Positions 12,036 to 25,889 of a stretch of DNA of 64,000 nt are shown piece by piece. The stretch spans positions 190,340,001 through 190,404,000 of the forward strand of contig JBITNC010000001.1 of assembly GCA_050084985.1 (NCBI GenBank). The letters run 5' to 3'. Source of the stretch: Nageia nagi (lineage: Eukaryota; Plantae; Pinophyta). Position 1 is the stretch's first letter, and each line of letters begins with the position of its first letter. Below the pieces are notes generated by a model, which was not told where the DNA came from, did not search any database, and saw nothing but the letters and a program-made list of their open reading frames with translations. Made by a program: the position numbers and the translations under genes.

Positions 12036-15006
12036 CTAAAAAATCACTAGAAGAAGATAACTATTCATACACTCAAATTGAAATTTTAAGAATGAATTTT
12101 GATAGTGATTTGGACTAGGTCATTGTATTCTCATTTCCAGTTGACCACCCTATGGCCTTCTCAACATATTTGACATTGATAACCTTATATTTCTTTTCGA
12201 AATGCTTATATTTTTTACCCCTACTTTTTGTAAAGGGATGTTATTGTGGATCCTATTCATCGTCAGTAGGACTAGGCTCATGGGACTCACCATATATTTC
12301 CCTAGGATGATGTTTTACTATATATTTTTATTGTCTCTTAGTCTCCCTAGTAACAAATTCCTACAAAAAATGATTCATCAATCTTTAAAAATGATTTGTT
12401 AACATATGAAAATGACCCGATCATATTAGGTAGAAACTTACCTACAACTCTATTTCACTCATTACATTTTTATCATCATTTCATCCATACATGTTGGTCT
12501 TAAAGTATCTTCTTTATTTAGTTCATAGTATTATTGATAAAACAAAGATATTAGGTAGTTTGTTGTGTAAAGAACTGTACTAGGGGATGCCTTGGAAGTT
12601 ATGAGCTCTAACTTGCATTTGTTTGCAATATGGGAATACTAGTCATATTTTTATCATAAAATACATCGGATAAAGCATTCAACACAACCCCAAATTGTAT
12701 ATCATCCCTTATTCCATTTAGAACAAGCCTAACACCAAAAAACTCAATAACACCCTTAAGAAATTCACTATTGAAATGCACATTGATAATATCTTTTTGG
12801 TTATTTTTATAAGTGTTGCATATATAAAGATAACAACCTATAAACCTCTCATATACTCAGTATTAATTCTACAAATAACTAAAAGAGAACAAAAATTAAA
12901 AAAATATCAATAGTGTAAAGGATATTATAATTATCAAAGTTAACGCCAAAATGTTCTTCCATGTAATTCTTGTAATTGGAATTGATAACCTCTCTATCAT
13001 TTGGAAAATGTATCAACTAGTGGATGTCATTTTTAGTTATGATGAAGGTAACCCTTTCTTCATTTGTCATAGTTGAGATGGTGGCCATGGTAGGATCATA
13101 GTTCTTAACAATAATATTTAAGACTTCCATATTTGGCTCAAAATGGGGCATTTTGAAAATACCTTCTATACCTATAAGATAAAATAGATTATATAAATTA
13201 ATACCCTAATTAATAACAAAATAATCCTTAACTTGAATTGAGAGCATTCAGAGAACTCAAGTCAACAAGCCCAAAATGATTTCTTACCTGTAATTGAAAT
13301 CCATGCTATCAAAGCATCTTTTTTGCTTAATATTTTCTTTAACTTCATTGTAGGTAGATTCTTGAAGGTCCACATGAGCTCCTTTATGGATTTATGGCCC
13401 CTCATCGATCTTGTTTAGTTTCTGCTAATGTTGACATCCATGGATGCTCAAATGGTCAAATAAATTTAAAAAATTGATAAAATCCATAAGAATTGATAAA
13501 ACCTCTAAGAAGTAGGGAAAATAGTATGGAGTAGAGTAAACAACATCAAGGCTTCTAAAATGGTGATCTTAAGTAGATAAAATAATATTAAAAATGATCC
13601 AAAATGATCCCTCCCTCATATTTATAGAGTATTTTAGATCAATGTTAAGCATAATTAGTGCATATTAATTACCTTGATCATCCTCCTCAAGCCCTATGCA
13701 TCGTACACTCAATGGTGCATGAGAAACTGAGTGTCCACTTGATGATCATGGCTCAATATAAATGATTCATCCGCCACTCTCCTCCCACTTAACAAGTCAT
13801 CCACCTCTCTCAAAATACTTAACAGATCATCTTACATTTGTATCTAATTTGTCAACCTCCCTCTTGGTCTTTAGACTTGCCAATTCGTCAACCTCCCTAT
13901 AGCTTAAGATTAATAGTCCATAGATGTTCATATTTTGTTTACTCTATATAGACATATATTCTTTCTATTCATCCTCCTCTCTACATGGGTCTCCTACAAA
14001 ATCACATGCCATCAAAATTGCCTCTCAATTTTGCCAAGAAATTAGATAATTGATCTTCATGTGACAAATTAAATTTTTCTCTTCTTTTCATCTTTGTTAG
14101 AACACTTGAATCCAATGATACCACTAGGATTAGTGCAATGCTCTTATATTCCATATCCTTGTTTCAAAGTTTTATTTTCCCTCTCCTAACATGCCTTTCA
14201 TGAAATAATTTTGATATTATCATAAATAAGTAAAAAAGTATAAAATTCATTAAAATCCTCCTTGGGGTAGGTTGGCCAAAATTAATAAGAAATGATCGTC
14301 AAATTTTGAAATAACTAAATAGACTAAAAGAAATAAATAAGATTTTTAGTTTATCAATGAAGTGTAAATATTTATAAGTTTTTATTTTTTGGAAAATCAA
14401 GCTTTATTATAGCAATCCTGCTACATTTTTGGTGATATTGTTGGGTTAATAGAATAAATATCTATTCATTTTCATATATGTGTTCATCACTAATTATAAG
14501 TTTATAAAAAATGTATCTTATTTCTTAGGTAGCTTGTTACACATTTCGTGTTTATTGCCATTGACTTCAATCACTTCTTGATGATTCATATCCTATTTTT
14601 AGAAAAATATTGCATATAGTGTATTACATATCATAATATATTTTATCATGCTTATCATAAATATTGATTATCAATAATTTTTCATATACATTGGTCTTCA
14701 TTTCATATTATGTTTACCATTATTGCTCAATTGATACTTATCCGTGCTTATACAATGCATTGGTGAATGTTTTTATATCATGTCTACTAGCTATGGTTTT
14801 AATTAAATGCATGTCTCTATGTATAAAATGTTTCTAAAAGATATTTTGTACAATATTTGCTTATCAAATACTGCTTATCAAACATTTGTTATCATATCAT
14901 GTCAAAGTGCTCTTATCTATTCAATGATGCTTATCATATCTAATTGAGATATCTTATTGAATATGGTGAAATGATTTTCATATCATGTTATACCTCTTAT
15001 CTTTGT

Positions 15007-15235
15007 CTTCCTTTGTAAGGGAGGGGTTTTCTTACCATTGGATTCCTCTATTAGAGAGGGACACTCTTATCGCTAACTTCCTTTGTAAGGGAGGGGGATT
15101 ATTTTCATTAGCTTCCTCTATAAGGGAGGGGAAATATTATCATTAGCTTCCTCTATAAGGGGGGGAAATCTTATCATTTATTCCTCTATAAGGGAGGGTC
15201 ATTCTTATTATTTGGTTCTTTGTAAGGGAGGAATA
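15007..15235. repeat. 35-bp minisatellite, 7 copies, core CTTCCTYTRTAAGGGAGGG
   Basis: Units start at about 15007, 15042, 15077, 15112, 15147, 15181 and 15215. Confidence 0.9.
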
Positions 15236-15649
15236 GTATTATAAAAAATCTATGGAAACATGGTGGCTTGGGAATCCAAGTTGGTCACATAAGTTGGTAA
15301 TTTATCTTCATACTCTTGGTGAGTAAGTCACCAAGGTTAGGTTTGACATATTATATTTTACATATCTTATGATGTTTAATATCTATATTTTAGACATCTT
15401 GTGCAAAAATATTTCTTGTATAAGTTCTTTATAGGTCCATCCTTTATCTTTGCTTTGGATTTCTCCTATGATGAGAGGTTCATCATGTCACAACCAAGTC
15501 AAAGATGGGGCATAACATAAGTAAAAAATTGGGACATCCAAAGCTATCATTATGAAGGAATATTTTAGGGATTATCTTTCTACTTATCTTGTTATACTTT
15601 AAATTTATGCTTTGATTTTCTTTTATCCCAAAAGCATAAAATCATATTC

Positions 15650-16295
15650 AAAGTGGGGCATATGTTAGCATCTAAAAAGGAATTTTAATTTAATTAAAAT
15701 ACTCTTTTAGGTATTTGAAATAATTTATTTAAATAAATGCTCTTATCATTGTGCACTTTGATCTACCTTTATGCTTTATGATAACAAATCTATCTAGAGA
15801 TAAACCCAAGAAGCAGTCAGCCCATGTGCACCATAAGCTTAAGGAGGAGACTTGGAACTAGACCTATATATAAAAGTGGAAGGGTTGTGCATGAGAAATC
15901 ATTACATGATATGAAATCCTTGATAGGTAGTAATATACTTTTGTCATTCTTGATTGGTGTTTCTCAATACCACCTATCATATCTAGATTTTGTTATACTT
16001 TGAGCTTTGCATTCATGTAATCTTCTCAACCCATTTGCATGTGATATTATTATCATTAAAGGTATTATGATAACATTGAGCAAAAGGGAAATGAAAATTA
16101 GAATATTTCTATGAAATGTTGCTGGGATCCTAGCATCATTGCTTGGTTGAGGTTGGATTGGTGGCTTCGTATTTTGGGAAAGCTAGTCGTTCATTCCCTC
16201 TTGGATAAATATCTCCTCTGTTTGTTGCAATAGGTAAAGTACATATTTGTATATTTCATTAAATTCAACTTAATACGTTAAGGTCAATTCAATCA
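15650..16295 (+). mobile_element. Probable PPT plus 3' LTR of an old LTR retrotransposon
   Basis: aaagtggggca then TG start at 15663, TATA-like ctatatataaaag at ~15865, end near ...caattcaatca; partner LTR not found in window. Confidence 0.4.
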
Positions 16296-16682
16296 TCGTC
16301 ATCTTTTAAGTCATTACTATTTATTGCTATTTCATGATTAATTGGTTAAATTGAATACAAATTATAATTTAATAATATAAATAATGATGGTGGACTTGTC
16401 TAAATTATTTTATTTTGTGAATATAATTGTTCATATTGAACAACACCCATCTCATAAAGCTATTTGTGTTAATCAAATAGTCACATAGAAATAAGTTAGT
16501 TAACTATTTTAAATGAGCATTAATAAGAGCTCAACATTATATAGTATTGTATGATTATTTATAATTCATAAGACATATCCACTACATTAATGAAATAAAA
16601 AGATCAACATGTCATTTTGATTATTTATTATAATAATAAAATTCCAAATAATATTTTTAATGATAGTTTAAGTTTTACTTAG

Positions 16683-16814
<132 letters not shown>

Positions 16815-19800
16815 GAGTTAAAGGATATGTCACACAATACAACTACATAAATAATATGTATATTAAATAATTTCTCTAGACATCTATTAGTTTGTAGGCT
16901 CAAAGATCTTAAAATCTAGAAGGCCAATGAGGAATTACATACATAGATTATAATTATGTTTTACTTAATGATTCAAAGGGATATCTATTTATAGATAGGA
17001 ATGATTATCCATGTTAAAAAATTGATAAAACCCATGAATTAAAGCCATAGAGCTATAAGGAAATTAGATTTAATAACTTTTTAAATTTTCCCTTTTCTAT
17101 CAATGAGGTTATATTTTCATTTTAATTTTTTATTTGAGTTTCCTTATACAATCTAAAATACTTTAACATTATGGAACAATTTTATTTATTTTTATTATCT
17201 TATGACCTTTTTTTTAAGACAGGGTTGAAATGTTTTTCGTCAATTCTAAATATCAATCTATAAAAAAAATTGATCTTTATTTTAATATTTATATATTGAC
17301 TTACCTTCTTGGCATAAAATATATTACCTTATCAAGACTTGATTTTTATCCTTTTCCAATATCTTTCACATAATAATTGCATGATGTTAGTATTTATTCA
17401 ATATTATAAGTTTTTCCTTACACTAAAAATTAAAAAGAAAAAGTGTTCTATCATATTTATTTTTTTATATTTTTCAAAGAGATGAAGAGATAAATAATTT
17501 ATATTTTGATTAAAAAAATACCACCATTATGTATGTATATAGAAACATAGATATATTAAAAGAGTGTAAATTGTTGTTATAATAAGTATTGGCTTCTTCA
17601 ATTTTTGTTCAACTTTTAATAATAAAGGAATTATTAAAACCTTTTATTGTGTTTCTAATACAAAAGCATCAAAAGCATTATCGAGGCTAGTTCAATTGAT
17701 TATTAATAGTATATGTAGATAAACATAAGTATTTTAAGTATAATAAAGTTCCTAAATACTACATAAAGAAAGGATATAAATATATTAAGAAAATGAATAA
17801 CAAGATACTTTAATAATAAATTATTATGATATTTGACAAAAATTCAAGGATAAAATTATAATAAATTTATAATTGAATTTGTGGAGCTAATATTAATGAG
17901 ATGGAATTTATGAAGACATTATTATGAATAATATACAATTTACCTAAATGGTACAAAATAGCTATAAATTTGTTAAAATATATAAAAAATACAAAAAATA
18001 TATAAAATTTGCAGCACACTCCATCATGGTAATTTTAGCACATGGTAACACCTTTACCTTTGTAGGATCTTGATTTGATTGATAATATCATTATAAAACC
18101 ATTACCAAGATAAAGTTCATTATTACACTCATAGGATATTTAATCAAATAGGTTAAAGTAGCACCACTCATCACAACAAATAAATGTCTTATAATTTCAA
18201 CATGTCTTACATTATTTATAGATTTGATTTATCTTATACTCTTATTATATATAATTATATAAATTTCAAGAATATGAAAGTCAAGAAATTTTGTGAAAAG
18301 ACTTATACATACAAAAATTTATGCACTCCTTACTATCTGTAAAATATAGTTAGAAACAATCTTCCAATAAGATCATCATTTATATTATAAATAAAAAATT
18401 AAATAAGAATAAAAATAATTAACATATAATAGTATAACTAGTTTATAGGTTTATATGAAAAAAGCTAAAATAGTTATAAGAGCTATATCCTCTTCAATTA
18501 TTTATGGTGATGAAGAAATCATACCTTTAAAGATAGAAATCATATCATTTAAAACTTCAATGCATGTTATCATTAAATATAAATATTTAAGGGAAGTAAT
18601 ATTAAATAATTAGGGAACCTTAATGAGAAATATGATGAAAATAAATGTCCAAGGGTCTAATAAAATAGGGTGGAAAGAAAATACATGAAGAAGATAAAGT
18701 GAATTCAATATTGTTAACTACATCCTCAAATAAAATTAGAAAATAATACCAAGACAAGAGAAAGCAAAGGTAAGTTTAAACCTAATTGTTTAATTTTATC
18801 ATCAAATATTATTTGTACAATTCAAATGTATCTTACATTATAATATTTATATATAAACCTCTTAAAGATCCCATAAAATTCATGTACTTTAATAATTATT
18901 ATGCTTAACACATTGATAGTTAAAGTAGGAGTTTCATTCTTGCATTTCCAATTTTATCGATATGAAAAGTTTTAAAACATACTTAAGAGTAACAATATTT
19001 TCTATTAGGAGGTATTATGGTAGGAAATAACACATACTAATATTTGATCAATGGGTTGAACCTTTTCAACTTTGAAAGGGTGAAATTTGAAATTAATGTT
19101 TCATTTGAGCCTAAATTTAAAAAAGATTACGTACATCTTAATCCCTAATAATTTGATGATAAAAAGTGAAGTAAAACTAAGGAGAAACTCTCTAATTGAA
19201 AAGTTCATTGACACCAAACCTTACATTAATTAGGCTAAAAACTGATTACAAATAAAAAAGAATATCAAAGGACACCTTGATATAATAGAATTTCCTAAAT
19301 ATTTATTTGCATTTAATTTCAATTAGGATATGGATATGGAAGATGTCCTTGGAAAAGGACCTTTATTATTTAGAAAGAAGAGACTATTTATAAAAAAAAA
19401 AGGAATAAGTTTTTTTTATCAAGAAACATAAAATATCGAAATCACTTTTACATATGTCTCTCTATGATTCTATTAAATTTTGGAATATCAATTATATTAT
19501 TTAAAATGGTATCACCAAAAAATAAAAAATTAAAATCTATTTGATATGTATCAAAAATTATATTTTATCATAAGGTAAATTATAATAACATCGATAATTT
19601 TTATATTTGATATGTATCCTTACCTAAAGCATTCTACATGTATTTCAAGAAGATTAATAAACATGAAAAAATTCATTATATTTCTAATATATTTCAATGA
19701 CTCAACCTTAAATCATATTTATTATTATTATTGTTATTATTATTGAATCTTTAAAACATTATTTGGATTTTATATTTACATCATACTTCAGATGAGGGCT

Positions 19801-21199
19801 TGATCATTAAAAAAAATCTATTTTGGTCTTAGTTCCATACTTTTTATAGAGGCATGGTCCATGATATTCTAGCATGATTTTCACTCCAAGTTTCATCAAT
19901 TTACAAGGGAAGGGTATGCTAGTTTCACTAGTTTACTATTTTCAATATGTATCTCATATATTGTAAATGTCAATACTAAGTTATCTTTGTGCATGTTATT
20001 AATAGGTCTTATATTTATATAATTTCATATAAAACTAATAAAGAAGGATAAAGACTACATTCTTACACTACATTATTCCTTTGAGTTGTGGTGTATAATT
20101 TACTTTTTAACTTTTTGCATGTCAACTTGATTTATTATAACGTATTTTCTTGATTCATTCCAATGGAAAAGATTTGAATTTTATGCACTTAGTAAATAAT
20201 TTGCATTCATTTAGGTTAATTGCATAACAAATATGGTTGACTTCACACTTTCTTATATATTTATGTAGGAATGTGAATTCAAAATAAACTCTTAAGTTCC
20301 ATATAAAAAGGACATAATCATTTCAACATATATAAATAATTTATCAATATCTTCTAAGGTATTGGTCATAACATCTTATAATTGGTATTATGAAAAAGTC
20401 TTTTCAAAGTTGAAGAATCACATATGAACAATATATAATCATAATCTCTTTTTTGTATATATGCATTATCATGACTACTTGTTTCTTAATCAATCTTATT
20501 CAAGGAAGGGCCCCAAACATATGTTATGGAGATAAGAGATATCCCTAATCAACATAAGGATCTCATCCTTTACCATCTCACAATAACTTAAGAGATGTCC
20601 TCAATATTTATTTTCATTAATGTTCATATTCAATGAATGTGAACATGCAAACAACCAAAAATACTATAGGTAAATGAAGTAAAATAAATGTATTACAAAC
20701 TTTCAATTTCTTTTCATTGTAATAAACTAATAAAATTCATTATAAAATTTTAAATGAAAGTGAAAAGATAAATTATAAATATTTTATAATAATAAAAAAA
20801 TTATATATTTATTGTATTAATAAAATTATTTATTGTTGTAAACTCACTAATGTTACATCCATGTGAAAATTACTAATGGAATTGGGTAAAGTTCATCATT
20901 AAGGCATACCCCACAATTTTGAGTTATAATTACATATCTTTATTTTGATGCTAGCTTAGCCACGATATCATTTTATGGACTTGCTTCTTTATTTTATGAT
21001 AATTTTTTTTAACTAAGTGTCTACTTTTTCTACTTGGGTTAGTATTATTTCCTTATGGGGTGTGACTTCTTTTCGCTTGCCTTTTTTTATTGTTACCAAA
21101 CTATTTGTATTTTAATATAATATAAAAACTTATAAAAAATAATTTATTGATATTCTTTTTGAGTAAGATGTAAAAATTTTATTTAAAAAAAGTCAAATT

Positions 21200-22460
21200 A
21201 TACAATCAAAATTGATAACTTAGCTTTCTTAGAAAGGGTCAAAATATGATTAACCTTAGCTCTATTGTCTTCCCATGATCCAAATCTTCCATTTGCTTCT
21301 TGTACCCCTTCTTACTTTGTTGAAGGTTGGTACCACTAAAAACCATTTGACCCTCTTTCTAATCTTGTCCTTTTTTGTTTAGTTCCCATATTGTAATTGC
21401 TTCCAAAGATATGTTCATTTATCTATTTACTCCTCTATTATTTAAGAGTGTTCTTGCTCTTTGCCTTGTAAGGTCTCTAATATTTTTTGATAATAATTCC
21501 CTAAGTGCTTCTTTCTGGTTTATACTCTTCTCTAAATTATATTATGTTGTTTCTTTCTAGCTAGATTTGTCATTAAATGAAATCTAGTCCCAAATTCCAA
21601 AATGTTCTTATAATCCTATATTTAATCTTATTTTTCTTACAATAGTCTCAAAAGGTATTTCCATTGATATATGGCTTACTTATTTGATTGAAGATATTGT
21701 ACCACAATTCCCAAATTATTTTAGAATATGGGCACACAAAGAGGAGGTGGTTCATTGATTCCTCTTCTTTTTGGTTCATTAAATATATGTTATGTTCTAT
21801 AAAATCTTGATTCCTCAAGTTATCTAGGGTCATGATGCTATTATGTGTAACAAGCCATGTAAACCAATTTACCTTCACCTATCCCTTAGGTTGCCAAATC
21901 TTTATCTAGGGGAGTTATGATAGAATTTGGAAGTTTTGGATAATCCTTTTATAACCTAATTTTACTATGTAAATATTGAGTCTTCCATATCCCAATGCCA
22001 ATTGGTTTGATCCATTTCTTCTTAGCTACTTCCTACCTTCTAGAATTATTTTCAATTCTTATAATTTCTCTTCTCGCCACTCTTCACCTAGCCTATGCTT
22101 TATGTCATCCTACAATCCCACAATAGCTTGATGATATGCTAGGGTTTGAGATTATGGAAAACATGAGTCTAGCCTTGTCTTTGAAATGCTTCTTTGAGAG
22201 TATTGAGATGAGAGTATTTCTTTGTTATGGGAGGGAAGAGTTCCCATGAGTCTTTCCAAAGTGTGGTATTGTTTCCATCTCCTACTTTCCAATATAACCC
22301 TTCTTTGATCATTGATGCTCCTCTTTTAATTGCTCTTCATATTTTTGAACCTTCTCCTATAACTAGCATGCATGAGAGGTCTTCTTATCTATTTGTAGGA
22401 TAGTATTTTAGAATTTTTAAGACTTGAAACCAAAGTTGATCTTGAGTAGTGTGCAATGAA
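21200..22460 (-). mobile_element. L1-clade LINE ORF2 3' fragment (zf-RVT)
   Basis: KVNWFTWLVTHNSIMTLDNL...EESMNHLLFVCPYSKIIW (zf-RVT) and WKVGDGNNTTLWKDSW (GDG..T.FW.D.W motif). Confidence 0.8.
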
Positions 22461-23841
22461 AAAAATTACTTTCCAATGAATATAAATCTAATATAACTTT
22501 TTTCTTTAGTCCCGTGTTCAGCTATGGGTTGAGTTGGTTACATATGGATCTTGCTACGTCTTGAGTCTTGTGTTCAATTCCCACCAACTATGACATACAT
22601 TGCACTTCCCATACAATTGTCCCATAGACCGCTCTTGGTCTCCCATGGACATTAATAAACTTTCTTTCTTTCAAGGAAAGGAGATATATTTATATTTTAT
22701 GATATATTTCCTTGTGTTAAACTGTCACTATTTCTACATATAGTCTGATTAGTGTGTATGGTGTAGGTGGATTTTGTTGAGTTGAAATATGGAAATTGAC
22801 CTATATGTGTTTGGTTGAACAAAATAAATTATTAAGCACAAAGCTCATTGTTTGGTATAAAACCACGGCTTCTTATCCCATCTCACATCTCTGCAATGCA
22901 TTCCAATTCACCAACTCTATCGTCTTCATAAAACCTGCCTCCCGAGGCACCACAGGCGACCTATCTGAATGCTCATTATTTATCCCATCCACAAAGCAAA
23001 GAGCACAGTTCAAACCTGCCCCCCTTTACTAACTTAATATGAATCCAGCTTTCATAATTTCGGTCTATCATCACATGCAATCACAGTTGTTTCTGTGAAT
23101 GCTCAACTCTCATTTACTTTGTTATTGGATGTTATAGGGGCCTTGTCATAATACAAATATTTGGCTGCTAGATAGGCCAAATCCATGATAGCTCAATCAA
23201 GTGTAAACGTGTCGACGAAAACTATCCCAGTTTTGACTGTTATGTGATTCTTGTTTTAGAAAGATCGAAGATGAATTGATGACTATTGTTCTTTTCTAAA
23301 TTTAAGAACGCATTTCTAGTTAGAGTAGATCTAGAAATATTTATGGCTCAACTTTTGTAAGAAAGCATGGCATCTCCTTCAAAGTCATAACGAAAATTGG
23401 TTCGTTTAATTTTCATCCTTTATCCTTCACAATCACTAAATTTACAGCTCACCAACAAAAACACCGGAGATAAAAATGCTTGAAGTAGAATACCCTATAT
23501 GTTCTAATGGATCTCGCTATAAACGTAAGATATGTTCTACCATGAATCAATATTTCACAAAGCACTGATTTATGTTTTATATCTAAGACTATTAATTAGT
23601 TAGAGAGGATAGAGTTCAACAATAGATTCATATGATCTCATCTAATTTCATGAATGTTGAACGCTGTTTGCTACGTGCTTTAGGAATAAATGGAGCAATG
23701 CACGAAACTCTGTGTTATACAAATTTTCCCTGTGTAAGTATTGATTCTTAAATACTTATGTAAGCAGTCACTCAAAAAGAAGAGCGTTTATACATACATA
23801 TCCATGGAATAAAAAGTGCGAGAAAAAGAATACAAAAAACA

Positions 23842-24681
23842 TCAAAGCCTAAGTGACAGATCCAGTTCAGTAGTCTCTTCACCTGGTGTATCGTCAACGC
23901 ATGACCCAATCCGGTTCGATCCGTTGGTATCTGGGTATTCTAACTTGTTGGGCGCGCACAAATGGTTTGGGCTTCTCGGCCAAATTAAAACATTGGACTC
24001 AAATTCGTTACCCCTGCTCAACATGTTCACATTCTCCAGCTGAAACCTTGAATTCTTTACATGCCCGTTTTCTTCGCAACCAGGATCCTTGCTTATATTC
24101 CTCTGTGTATAACTTACGACAGATTGTGATATAGGTTTATGAATAGATGAACGCCCTTGTACGCCCAAAGACACTGTCCATGGCAGAAAACTTGATATTT
24201 TGTATGCTCTTTTAGCCCACTTACGTTCCCTTTTGTGAGCATTCTGGTGTCCTCCCAACGCTTGGGAGCTATAAAACTTCCTCTGGCAGAAGTTACAGGA
24301 AAACAAACGTGGTACTATATAATCTTGCACACTAACACAAATCTCTTGAAGATTTGAACCAGAAATTCTTTCCATCTTATTATTATTATTCATCTGGGAG
24401 ATTTTCAGCAACTCCTGCGAGTGTATTGTGAATGGTAGTTCAGAATCATGGGCTTTTCCCTCATCAAAATCATGGAGATCACAATGGAGCTTCAAATCCT
24501 GTGAAAACTTTGATTTGTGTGGAGAAGTATTAAACGAAATTATATCATCCATGGAGATGTCGAACTTTTCTTGTCCATTTAGCATGCTGACTAGCTGTGT
24601 GAACAAGGGGTTTGATGTCCAAGATGGCTGCACCAAAGCACAGAAATTTCTATTCGTAAGCCGTGAAGACCAAGTTTGCAT
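23842..24681 (-). CDS. Single C2H2 zinc-finger transcriptional repressor, ZFP1/3/4/7-like, with C-terminal EAR motif (279 aa)
   Basis: [42 protein letters not shown], terminal ELDLSLRL (DLxLxL EAR); intronless intact ORF in CpG-retaining sequence. Confidence 0.95.
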   Translation of the reverse strand: MQTWSSRLTNRNFCALVQPSWTSNPLFTQLVSMLNGQEKFDISMDDIISFNTSPHKSKFSQDLKLHCDLHDFDEGKAHDSELPFTIHSQELLKISQMNNNNKMERISGSNLQEICVSVQDYIVPRLFSCNFCQRKFYSSQALGGHQNAHKRERKWAKRAYKISSFLPWTVSLGVQGRSSIHKPISQSVVSYTQRNISKDPGCEENGHVKNSRFQLENVNMLSRGNEFESNVLIWPRSPNHLCAPNKLEYPDTNGSNRIGSCVDDTPGEETTELDLSLRL

Positions 24682-24822
24682 AAAATTAGGTAAAACCTTT
24701 GAATGTCTGTGTTATCGTCACACTTCACGCAATCAAGCATATTCTGGAAGCTCAAGAGTCAGAGACATTGTGGAGTTGTTGAGTACACGATGCTGTCTCT
24801 ATTACGAGTGGATTAAGCAGGC

Positions 24823-24828
24823 TTTATA
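24823..24828 (-). promoter_or_regulatory. Candidate TATA box of the zinc-finger gene
   Basis: TATAAA on minus strand about 140 bp upstream of the ATG. Confidence 0.5.
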
Positions 24829-25139
24829 TTGCGGTGGGAGACATCAAATACGTGAGATTTACGTATTAGGTTGAACGAGTGCCACCATGAAGAAGCCAGG
24901 AAACCAAACATCTTGACCATATCTAGTGTGCTCGTCATCTTAAAGGGTTCTTTCAAAGTTTGGAGCGTAGTCTTCCAAAAGCATGACACATTCAGAATAG
25001 ACAAACATCGTTCATGTGTCTTTCTTGCAAAGTAGGTGTATTTCTAAGTCGTGTATTTTATCAGCATATCAACGTCTATGAATAATATTATGAACAAATG
25101 TTTGATTTTTATTAGTTGTATGTATCTATTAGTGATTAT

Positions 25140-25740
25140 TTAGAAATAGCATCATTTCGCATCAAGAATAGACGTGTTTCACATTAGTTTTCACATCAAC
25201 CCTTGCGACATGTTGCATTAGGTCCGATGACAAAAATAGAGGTGTTTGATATTGGTTATTGCGTTAGAGATAACATCATTTTAGAGGTGTTTGGATTCAT
25301 CTTTTACATTAGATCTTCATCATTTTACGTTATCTAGATAGTGTCATTCATAGAGGCGTGTGGAGTCATTTTTTGCATTGCTTCTTTTGATATTTAGCAT
25401 TGAGAAAATGTTGCACTTAAGAGGTGTTTAGTGTTTCTTTTTGTGTTGATTATAGTGCCATTTTGTATTCGAAATAGAGTCGATAATTACAATATATTGT
25501 ATTACACGTAGTGTCGTATTTAGAGGTATTTTTTATCGATCATGATGTTGGCCTTTGAAACATGTTGCATTACTAGTAGCATCGTAGTTAGAGATCTTTT
25601 ACATTATTTTTTGCATCAGATTTTACATCGATTATTGAGACACATGGTGATATGGATAATATCGTAATTACATTATTTTGAGATATGATCAAAGACCTTT
25701 TCGAGGTGATTTATTGCTAAATTTTGCATCGATATTAGGA
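25140..25740. repeat. Degenerate tandem repeat with TAGAGGTGTTT core upstream of the zinc-finger gene
   Basis: tagaggtgttt / tagaggcgtgt / aagaggtgttt / tagaggtattt / tagagatcttt recur at roughly 45-100 bp spacing with ttgcatt and catcat motifs. Confidence 0.6.
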
Positions 25741-25889
25741 TCAAATTTAGAGTCAAGTATATTATTGAAGTTAGTGTAGACAAAATTGATTAAAAAATAA
25801 TTTATTTATTATTATTTATTTAATAATTTATTTGTTTATTTATTAATTTACTTATTAATTTTATTATTTTGAGGAATATTATGGTTGTG

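Noticed and set aside
15007-15235. CRISPR-like array (palindromic repeat plus variable linker)
   Set aside because: Linkers are short (~15 bp) and similar to one another, there are no cas genes, and the context is eukaryotic retrotransposon DNA
16820-21200. Very AT-rich 4.4 kb stretch
   Set aside because: No ORF, repeat structure or motif that I could support
24428-24874. 148-aa plus-strand ORF and other short antisense ORFs over the zinc-finger gene
   Set aside because: Antisense shadows in GC-richer coding DNA; no independent support
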